Of a stretch of 34,206 bases of DNA, positions 27,417 through 34,206 are shown one piece after another. The notes beneath the pieces are model-generated. The model was not told where the DNA came from and made no database searches. It worked only from the letters and a program-made list of their open reading frames with translations. The position numbers and the translations under genes are program-made. The stretch is from Bacteroidia bacterium (lineage in GTDB: Bacteria; Bacteroidota; Bacteroidia; Bacteroidales; BM523). The stretch is taken from positions 1 to 34,206 of the forward strand of contig JACQWN010000071.1 in NCBI GenBank assembly GCA_016209245.1. Reading direction: 5' to 3'. How positions within the stretch are numbered: position 1 is the first letter of the stretch; every line of letters starts with the position of its first letter.

Positions 27417-28775
27417 ATGAAAGTTCATTTCATCGCTATTGGAGGCAGTGTTATGCACAATTTGGCTATAACATTGCATAAAAAGGGATTTCAAATTTCA
27501 GGATCCGATGACGAGATTTTTGAGCCGTCGCATTCGCGTCTTGAGAAATATTGTTTAATGCCTGAAAAAGATGGATGGTTTCCTGAAAAGATAAGTACAC
27601 GCCTTGATGCAATTATATTAGGTATGCATGCACGTCTTGATAATCCTGAATTAATTAAGGCGCAAGAGCTTGGTATTAAAATTTATTCATACCCCGAATA
27701 TATATATGAGCAATGTAAAAGCAAGCGGCGAGTCGTCATAGGCGGCAGCCATGGAAAAACAACCATCACATCAATGATTATGCATGTTCTGAATTTTCAT
27801 GGAATTGATTTCGATTATCTGGTCGGCTCACAGCTTGAAGGATTTGAAACTATGGTACGCTTATCGGATACAGCTAAAATAGCTATATTCGAGGGTGATG
27901 AATATCTTGCTTCACCAATTGACAAACAACCTAAATTTCTTGTATATAAGCCAAATATCGGGCTTATTAGCGGTATTGCATGGGACCATATAAATGTTTT
28001 TCCCGTATTTGAAGATTATGTAGAACAATTCAGATTATTCGTCGAGAAAACCGATTCTGCCGGCGCTTTAATTTATTGTGAATGCGATAAAACATTGGTA
28101 TCAATGCTCGAAAAAATTCAAAATAAAGTCAAGCAAACCGCTTACAGAGCTCATCCTGCATTTATTCGTACCGGTCAAACTTTTCTCGATACCAAGTATG
28201 GCGAAATCCCTTTGCAGATATTCGGAGAGCATAATCTGCAAAATATAAACGGGGCACGATTAGTATGTAATGAAACAGGTATAGCTGATGAACAATTTTA
28301 TAAAGCGATACAATCGTTTAAAGGCGCTTCAAAGAGATTACAGCTATTGGCTCAAAATGAACATACAAAAGTTTTTCTCGATTTCGCCCATTCACCATCA
28401 AAATTAAATGCCACAATTAAAGCCGTTAAAGAACAGTATCCCGAGCAGCTTTTGGTTGCCTGTATGGAGCTGCATACTTTTAGCAGTCTGAATGAAAATT
28501 ATCTCGGACAATATCATGGCACTATGGAAAATGCCGATATTGCTTATGTGTATTTCAATCCTGAAACAATAAAGCATAAACGGCTGAAAGAAATCAGTGT
28601 TGAGCAAATTTTATTTGCCTTTGGCGGCAGGAATCTTGAAGTTTTTACCGATTCTGAAAAACTTCTGGAAAGGTTATTGAAGCTCGACTGGAAAGGTAAA
28701 ATTTTATTGCTGATGACGTCAGGTAATTTTTCGGTCATTAATTGTGACAAAATTTCCGCATTAGTGACGGCGTGA
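27417..28775 (+). CDS. mpl: Mur ligase family protein, Mpl-like (UDP-N-acetylmuramate:L-Ala-gamma-D-Glu-meso-DAP ligase)
   Basis: 452 aa. N-terminal MKVHFIAIGGSVMHNLAITLHKKGFQISGSDD, Mur ligase P-loop GGSHGKTTITSMI, EGDEY, FAHSPSK. Confidence 0.75.
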   Translation: MKVHFIAIGGSVMHNLAITLHKKGFQISGSDDEIFEPSHSRLEKYCLMPEKDGWFPEKISTRLDAIILGMHARLDNPELIKAQELGIKIYSYPEYIYEQCKSKRRVVIGGSHGKTTITSMIMHVLNFHGIDFDYLVGSQLEGFETMVRLSDTAKIAIFEGDEYLASPIDKQPKFLVYKPNIGLISGIAWDHINVFPVFEDYVEQFRLFVEKTDSAGALIYCECDKTLVSMLEKIQNKVKQTAYRAHPAFIRTGQTFLDTKYGEIPLQIFGEHNLQNINGARLVCNETGIADEQFYKAIQSFKGASKRLQLLAQNEHTKVFLDFAHSPSKLNATIKAVKEQYPEQLLVACMELHTFSSLNENYLGQYHGTMENADIAYVYFNPETIKHKRLKEISVEQILFAFGGRNLEVFTDSEKLLERLLKLDWKGKILLLMTSGNFSVINCDKISALVTA

Positions 28776-28839
28776 CTTGCAGGCATTGTGCCACTAAAAG
28801 AACCGAATGGGCGAAAGGGCGAGTGGGAGAAGTGGCGAT

Positions 28840-29541
28840 TTAAATTTTGAATCCTACAATCAATACATCGTCAACCTGTTCATAAGATTGGTCTGTTTCA
28901 GGATTAATAAATGACTTCCATTGCTCAAATTTATTATTCAGAATTTCTCTTTGCTCGAACATCGGCTTTTGAGATATTGAGCATAAAATTTTTTTTAAGC
29001 CCTGAAGTTTTATTTTTTCACCGTTTTCCCCTCCGAACTGGTCGGCATAACCGTCGGAAAACATATAAAAAGTATCACTGTCGGAATAAGTTAATTCATG
29101 CAGGGTAAATGGTTTCATATTATTAGAGATGCTGATTGGCATTTTATCCGCCTTCACTTCAATTAATTGCTTTTCGCAATTTTTCATGTTTGTTTCGGCG
29201 GATACATCGCCTTTTATTTCCTTTAATAACGCTTGACCCGCAAGGTCGCCTGAATCAGCGTTATTGCCTGCGCCTGCGCTACTGACTTTATTACAGTGAC
29301 CTTGCGGGACAGGCGTTATTAAATATAAAGAATTGTTAGCTCCTGCAAACTTTAATAATTTTTTTTCTTTTTCAATGGAGCATATACTCATAACTATTCC
29401 GTCTTTGGCTTCTTCCTCGTTTCCTGTTTGGTGTAAAGCTTTAATTATATTTTCACGCATATTATTCAGCACGGCATCAGGGCTTGTGATATTATTTTTG
29501 ATTACTATGTCATTTAAAAAGGCAATGCCGAGCATGCTCAT
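28840..29541 (-). CDS. C-terminal fragment of a disrupted TPR/SpoIIE (PP2C) phosphatase gene
   Basis: The listed ORF starts at an internal Met. The frame is open upstream to about 29637 and encodes ...TSATIVAVADCTGHGIPGAFMSMLG, with no start codon before the DCTGHG motif. Also MFSDGYADQFGG and VDDVLIVGFKI. Confidence 0.7.
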   Translation of the reverse strand: MSMLGIAFLNDIVIKNNITSPDAVLNNMRENIIKALHQTGNEEEAKDGIVMSICSIEKEKKLLKFAGANNSLYLITPVPQGHCNKVSSAGAGNNADSGDLAGQALLKEIKGDVSAETNMKNCEKQLIEVKADKMPISISNNMKPFTLHELTYSDSDTFYMFSDGYADQFGGENGEKIKLQGLKKILCSISQKPMFEQREILNNKFEQWKSFINPETDQSYEQVDDVLIVGFKI

Positions 29542-29589
29542 AAAAGCGCCGGGAATGCCATGTCCGGTACAGTCGGCAACGGCAACTAT

Positions 29590-29718
29590 AGTCGCACTAG
29601 TGTCTTGACAATTTAAAAATGAAACATTGAAAACAATTTTTTAATCCAGACCTCACAGGTTTCTAAAACCTGTGAGGTCTTAAAATTAAATTGTCGCAAC
29701 ACTAGTCCGGGTGCGACT
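29590..29718. repeat. Imperfect palindromic insertion carrying in-frame stops, inside the PP2C domain
   Basis: Outer inverted repeats 29590..29614 and 29688..29718. Central perfect 14-bp hairpin AGACCTCACAGGTT (29648..29661) / AACCTGTGAGGTCT (29667..29680). Direct repeat TATAGTCGCAC (29587..29597) / TATGAGTCGCAC (29751..29762), 165 nt apart. Confidence 0.7.
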
Positions 29719-31515
29719 TTGAGAAGTACCTTGATTATCGGCAAGACTGCTATGAGTCGCACCCTGACTATCGGCACTATTAACGGTGGTAATCCAATAA
29801 AAATCGCCGCTGACAATATCTTTTGGAAGATGCAATACAAAGCTGAAAGGCAGCAATCTTGAAATTTCCTGCATTGGCGTGAGAACTGCCGATTGGATAT
29901 ATCTTGCATATTCAATGCTTTCAGTAATTTCCCTGTTTTGCTCAATTATTTTATCATGCTGCTTTTTTAAATCTTTATTTGCAATTATAAGCTGCTCGGC
30001 CTGAGTTTGAATTTCTTCTTTTTGTTGCATAATTTCAGCATTGGCAAATTCTAATTGTGTGTTCTTTTTTTCAATTTCCGTTTTTTGGCGGGCAAGTAAT
30101 TTATTGGCTTTTTTCTTTTGCAATATCAGGCGGTAAAGAAAACCTGAAAATATAATAACCAGCAACAAGCCGCCAACCACAAATAAAATAACAATTCGCT
30201 GCTTTTTATTTTCCGCTTCTTTTTTTGCTATGTCTGCCTTTTTTAAAGCATTATCTTTATTAAGCATTTCAATTTCATGCTGTTTTTTTTCATTCTGATA
30301 TTTTGCCTCCATTTCATGGTAAGTGCGGGAGCTCTCCTCGTTATATATACTGTCGTACATTATTAAAAACAAATGTTCATATTTATAGGCGTTCTCAAAA
30401 TCGGATATTGCTGCATAGCAATCCGAAAGGTTATTATAAGCATCTTTAATCTCACTTTTTGCTCCCACTTCTTTAGAGTAGCTTAAGCTTTTTTCCAGGG
30501 TTTCGATTGCCTTATTGTATTTTTTCATTTTAGTATAAACCATTCCCATATTATTATAACATGATGCCAACCCCTGCCGGTCGTTCCTCGCTTCATTATG
30601 ACTGATAGCTTCCTCAAAATTTTTGATCGCCTCTTCATATTTACCCGTATTTTTATTTATTAATCCTATATTATTCAAAGTCCTGGCCAGCCCTGGCTTA
30701 TCGTTTCTTTTTCTGTTAATTTCCAATGCTTTTTTATATTTTTCAATGGCTTTGTCATATTCATTTATTTTGAAATAAATACTGCCCAGGTTATTTAATC
30801 CGTATGCGACACCCACCGTATCATGTATCTTATCGCAAAGTTCAATTGCCTGTTCCAGGTACTCGATGCCTTGCGGATAGTTTTTCATATAAATAGAGAT
30901 AATTCCGATATTGTTGACACATTTGACGGTTCTTTGCGTATCGCCGATTTGTTCCGATTGCTTAATTGATTTTTGGAAATAATCAATCGCCTTGGCATAA
31001 TCGCCTTTCCGGTAATATATACCGCCGATATTGTTATATACATCGGCTATACTTGGATGATTTTCTGTCTTAATATAATTCTCCAATGATTGAAGACTGT
31101 ATTTTAAGGCATCATCATAAGAACCGGTTTCATCTTTAATCATGCTTATATATAACAGGCATTTACCTTTATAATTTAAGCAGGTTTTCTTTTCAATAGC
31201 GTTTTTTGAGTCTTCAGCTATCTTTTCTGCAAGCTCGTATGCCTGATTATAATATTCAATCGCCTTTTCAGGTTCTTGCTTTTCATGCAAATCGGCTATT
31301 TCGATTAAAATTTTTATTTTATTAGTAACTGCCTGCATTTTCTTCGAAATTGTTAAAAGACTGTCTATTTTTTTTTGCTGGCTTTGGCCGGATATTGTAG
31401 CTACGATGGATATGATTAAAATAAAAGCTGTAAGAAACTTTTGAAAGTATCTATTATAATTCATTATGTTATATAATTTGGTAGCCATACATTTATCTAT
31501 TAAGCATACATTCAA
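29686..31515 (-). CDS. N-terminal fragment of the disrupted TPR/SpoIIE phosphatase gene (TPR repeats, TM, coiled coil, start of PP2C domain)
   Basis: TPR-like repeats, TM VILFVVGGLLLVIIFSGFLY, coiled coil, then LPKDIVSGDFYWITTVN followed by insertion-derived residues and a stop at 29686. The likely true start is M18 (MNYNRYFQKFLTAFILIISIVATISG) at 31464. Confidence 0.75.
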   Translation of the reverse strand: MNVCLIDKCMATKLYNIMNYNRYFQKFLTAFILIISIVATISGQSQQKKIDSLLTISKKMQAVTNKIKILIEIADLHEKQEPEKAIEYYNQAYELAEKIAEDSKNAIEKKTCLNYKGKCLLYISMIKDETGSYDDALKYSLQSLENYIKTENHPSIADVYNNIGGIYYRKGDYAKAIDYFQKSIKQSEQIGDTQRTVKCVNNIGIISIYMKNYPQGIEYLEQAIELCDKIHDTVGVAYGLNNLGSIYFKINEYDKAIEKYKKALEINRKRNDKPGLARTLNNIGLINKNTGKYEEAIKNFEEAISHNEARNDRQGLASCYNNMGMVYTKMKKYNKAIETLEKSLSYSKEVGAKSEIKDAYNNLSDCYAAISDFENAYKYEHLFLIMYDSIYNEESSRTYHEMEAKYQNEKKQHEIEMLNKDNALKKADIAKKEAENKKQRIVILFVVGGLLLVIIFSGFLYRLILQKKKANKLLARQKTEIEKKNTQLEFANAEIMQQKEEIQTQAEQLIIANKDLKKQHDKIIEQNREITESIEYARYIQSAVLTPMQEISRLLPFSFVLHLPKDIVSGDFYWITTVNSADSQGATHSSLADNQGTSQSRTRTSVATI

Positions 31516-31520
31516 GCACT

Positions 31521-31578
31521 GCCCTGTTATAGCCCCAAATTATGTGCGGGGTTGGGGTTGAAAGTATATTTTACCCAC
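31521..31578 (-). repeat. Composite repeated intergenic element (matches 19701..19740 and 27305..27331)
   Basis: The reverse complement reads TCAACCCCAACCCCGCACATAATTTGGGGCTATAACAGGGC. Adjacent TTGGGGTTGAAAGTATATTTTACCCAC is identical to 27305..27331. GGGGTTGGGGTT recurs at 32165..32176. Confidence 0.6.
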
Positions 31579-31968
31579 TCATTTTTCATATAGAATCATA
31601 ATTATTTTTTCAATTAAAATTCCAAGAATAATTCCGGAAATATAGCAAATAAAATCAGACCATTTAAAACCAAAACCCAACAATAATGCACCAATAATTG
31701 TATTTCTTACCTTGTCAAGCCATAAAGGATGAAAAAGCTGTGAACATTCCACAACAACCGAAATAATAAAAGCGGTTAAAGCTGAATAAATTTTTTTCCA
31801 ATTAGGAAATAGCATACGTAAAAAGAAATATCCTGCGCAAGCCCAGGGAGTATCGCCTGTATATTTTGCAAAAAAATCAGGGATATAGTCGCCGAATTTA
31901 CGTGATGCGATACCTATTGCTCCGGTCAAAACAGCTAAAAGAAGATATATTATGAATTTTTTCGGCAT
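31579..31968 (-). CDS. Small polytopic membrane protein, DUF2809-like
   Basis: 129 aa with 4 hydrophobic segments. N-terminal pattern IGIASRKFGDYIPDFFAKYTGDTPWA resembles DUF2809 proteins (tentative). Confidence 0.55.
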   Translation of the reverse strand: MPKKFIIYLLLAVLTGAIGIASRKFGDYIPDFFAKYTGDTPWACAGYFFLRMLFPNWKKIYSALTAFIISVVVECSQLFHPLWLDKVRNTIIGALLLGFGFKWSDFICYISGIILGILIEKIIMILYEK

Positions 31969-32075
31969 TTTTCAAACATCATTTGCCAAATTCGAAGGTA
32001 AGCGGTTGCCCGTATTCTGCCAACGGCTCATTTACAATATTTTTTTCTTTCTTGCTCATAATGATGTCTTTTTTG

Positions 32076-32083
32076 CAAAGATA
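32076..32083 (-). promoter_or_regulatory. -7 box TATCTTTG for the minus-strand gene 31579..31968
   Basis: Plus strand CAAAGATA. Part of an 11-bp inverted repeat TTGCAAAGATA (32073..32083) / TATCTTTGCAA (32107..32117). Confidence 0.35.
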
Positions 32084-32106
32084 ATCATTTGCAGCGAATT
32101 AATTTC

Positions 32107-32114
32107 TATCTTTG
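32107..32114 (+). promoter_or_regulatory. -7 box TATCTTTG for 32229..33776
   Basis: Exact TAnnTTTG match about 115 nt upstream of the ATG, and the mirror partner of the minus-strand box. Confidence 0.35.
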
Positions 32115-32228
32115 CAATAAATGGTTATTGCCCCTTTTTAAGTGTTCCCTGAGCCAAGTCGAAGGGGGTTGGGGTTATGAAAAATTACCAATAGAACCCG
32201 TTATAGAACCCAAAAACGAATTATCTTT

Positions 32229-33776
32229 ATGAAAAAAAATATTATGAAAAGGTTACCAATTAATCGTCAGGAATTTTCCGAGTTAATAAATGATAACTGT
32301 ATTTATGTTGATAAAACAGAATATATTTATCAATTATTAGAACATAAATATTATTTCTTATCACGACCCCGCAGGTTCGGAAAGTCATTACTCGTAAATA
32401 CTTTAAAAGAAATTTTTCTTTCTAATAAGGAATTATTTAAAGGACTTTGGATTTATGATAAAATTGAGTGGAGAAAATATCCTGTTATTAAAATTTCTTT
32501 TGCTAATATATCTCACAAAACACTTGGTTTAGAAAAAGCTATTCATAACGAACTTAATGATATTGCAAAGGAATATAATATTAAATTTTCAAAACAGGAC
32601 TACCCTTTAAAATTCAAGGAATTAATAAGAAAATTAGCCAACAAAGAAAAAGTTGTTGTTTTGATAGACGAATATGATAAACCGATAATTGATTATATTG
32701 ATGACATTGAGAAAGCAGAAAAAAACAGAGAGATTCTTAAAAATTTCTATTCAATAGTAAAAGATAGTGATAGCTATTTAAGGTTCTTTTTCGTAACAGG
32801 AGTATCTAAGTTCAGTAAAGTATCAATTTTTTCTGATTTGAATAATTTAACGGATCTTACCATAAACAAAAATTTTTCAACAATGATTGGATGGACACAG
32901 GAAGAAGCAGAAAAATATTTTCCTGAATATATTGAAAAAGTTCAGGAAGATTATGCTGATATATATACAGATATTATGCCTGTTATAAAAGAATGGTATA
33001 ATGGATATTCATGGGATGGAAAAAATTTTGTTTATAATCCTGTATCATTGATAAATTTATTTAGTCAACGAATTTTTAATAATTACTGGTTTGAAACCGG
33101 TACTCCTACATTTCTAACAAAATTTATTAAAAAAGAAAATTATACGGTTTTTGATATAGAAAAAAGTATGGCTACAACCGAACTTTTAGATAAATATGAA
33201 TTAAAAAACATAACATTGCTTCCTTTACTGTTTCAAAGCGGATATCTAACAATAAAAGAATTTGATATTTCTACCGGTATTATTACATTAGACTATCCTA
33301 ACAGAGAAGTTGCAAATTCTATGTCAACACATATTCTTTCTGAATTAACTATTGGAAAACTTGACAAAACAGGGGTTTTATTACTTCAAATGACAGAGAC
33401 TTTTAACAACAATATTATTGAAAAATTTATTAAACATATTAATACCCTTTTTAAAAATATTCCTTACACAATAATTGAAGACAGTGAAAAATATTTCCAT
33501 TCAATATTTTATATTGTAATGAAGTTGGTGGGTTATAAAATTGAATCAGAAATTTTAACAATAGACGGCAGAGTTGACGCAGTTGTTTTTACTGATGATA
33601 ATATTTTTATAATAGAATTTAAAATTAACCAGGGTGCTGATAAGGCAATAAAACAAATAAAAGAAAAAAATTATGCTGAAAAATATGCAGACGATAAACG
33701 AAAAAAAACTTTAATAGGAATAAATTTTAATACCGAAGCTAAAAGAGTTGATGATTATAAACATGAAACATTTTAA
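32229..33776 (+). CDS. Predicted AAA-ATPase (PF09820-like) with C-terminal PD-(D/E)xK nuclease domain (PDDEXK_9/DUF1703)
   Basis: 515 aa. Canonical N-terminus LPINRQEFSELINDNCIYVDKTEYIYQLLE...YFLSRPRRFGKSLLVNTL, Walker B VVVLIDEYDKP, C-terminal DGRVDAVVFTDDNIFIIEFKINQGADKAIKQIKEKNYAEKY. Confidence 0.9.
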   Translation: MKKNIMKRLPINRQEFSELINDNCIYVDKTEYIYQLLEHKYYFLSRPRRFGKSLLVNTLKEIFLSNKELFKGLWIYDKIEWRKYPVIKISFANISHKTLGLEKAIHNELNDIAKEYNIKFSKQDYPLKFKELIRKLANKEKVVVLIDEYDKPIIDYIDDIEKAEKNREILKNFYSIVKDSDSYLRFFFVTGVSKFSKVSIFSDLNNLTDLTINKNFSTMIGWTQEEAEKYFPEYIEKVQEDYADIYTDIMPVIKEWYNGYSWDGKNFVYNPVSLINLFSQRIFNNYWFETGTPTFLTKFIKKENYTVFDIEKSMATTELLDKYELKNITLLPLLFQSGYLTIKEFDISTGIITLDYPNREVANSMSTHILSELTIGKLDKTGVLLLQMTETFNNNIIEKFIKHINTLFKNIPYTIIEDSEKYFHSIFYIVMKLVGYKIESEILTIDGRVDAVVFTDDNIFIIEFKINQGADKAIKQIKEKNYAEKYADDKRKKTLIGINFNTEAKRVDDYKHETF

Positions 33777-34206
33777 AATATTATTAATAGTTTTACTGTC
33801 AATTGGATGTAAATTTTCATTTCTACATCGGATATTCATAATTCTGCATTCTACATTAATTTTGCTGATATTAACGATTTCTGCTGTTTTTGCCCAAAAA
33901 GCTGAAATCTTACCGGTTAATATCCGTGGATTAGCTGATACTGTCGGTTTTGCTCATAAAGCATGGCAAATGGATTCCGTTATTCAAAGAATTGACAGGA
34001 ATTTTAGCGGCATGATAGAGCAAAACTTAAAAAAAGCGAAAATACAAACCAATACTGCATGGAAAGCCGTAATCTCACCTCACGACGATTATGCCTTTGC
34101 CGGACAATTATATTTTGAAGCTTTAAAAAATATTAAGGCGCCTGTTGTAATATTAATAGGTGTCTCTCATAAGGCATGGAAATATGAGCTCGAAAATAAG
34201 CTGCTC
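33763..34206 (+). CDS. Partial CDS (3' end outside window), MEMO1/AmmeMemoRadiSam-B-like (tentative)
   Basis: Hand-translated open frame of 148 codons to the window edge, overlapping the previous stop by 14 nt. Hydrophobic N-terminus. AVISPHDDYAFAGQLYFEAL and VVILIGVSHK resemble the Memo-family PHAGY.YSG / ILGP.H motifs. Confidence 0.5.
   Translation, partial: MKHFKILLIVLLSIGCKFSFLHRIFIILHSTLILLILTISAVFAQKAEILPVNIRGLADTVGFAHKAWQMDSVIQRIDRNFSGMIEQNLKKAKIQTNTAWKAVISPHDDYAFAGQLYFEALKNIKAPVVILIGVSHKAWKYELENKLL

Noticed and set aside
29613-29945. 110-aa minus-strand ORF overlapping the insertion and the end of the TPR/SpoIIE N-fragment
   Set aside because: It is an out-of-frame overlap with recognisable PP2C coding sequence and has no motifs of its own.
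31548-31560. Telomere-like GGGGTTGGGGTT as a G-quadruplex former
   Set aside because: Each site has only two G-runs, and an intramolecular G4 needs four. It is kept only as a repeat-family marker.
31952-32152. 66-aa plus-strand ORF in the divergent promoter region
   Set aside because: It overlaps the start of the DUF2809-like gene and both predicted -7 boxes, and its sequence is featureless.

Overview
AT-rich window with Bacteroidota hallmarks: four proteins ending in T9SS (Por) C-terminal sorting domains, TAnnTTTG-type -7 promoter boxes and no obvious Shine-Dalgarno use. I found no rRNA, tRNA, CRISPR array, transposase or integrase. Housekeeping genes are nadA (25023..26000) and an Mpl-like Mur ligase (27417..28775). 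The rest is accessory: T9SS cargo (1..1506 partial, 4557..6950, a 3202-aa giant at 10092..19700, and a thioredoxin-PKD fusion at 22756..24363), two TPR/SpoIIE phosphatase paralogs, two Uma2 (DUF820) nucleases, two AAA-ATPase/PD-(D/E)xK proteins, and a run of small genes at 7374..10091 just upstream of the giant adhesin. Two loci stand out. (1) The 7.4-10.2 kb small-gene string has three retropepsin-like aspartic protease genes. It is punctuated by three copies (two decayed, one live) of the giant adhesin's 5' leader, which suggests cassette accretion at that gene's start. (2) The second TPR/SpoIIE paralog (28840..31515) is split inside its PP2C domain by a 165-nt palindromic insertion whose length is a multiple of 3. 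It also carries two further stop-free insertions bounded by inverted repeats that the intact paralog lacks. Other items are short repeated intergenic motifs, a segmental duplication, gene remnants and a structured intergenic region. All family assignments are motif-level readings by eye, with no searches run.
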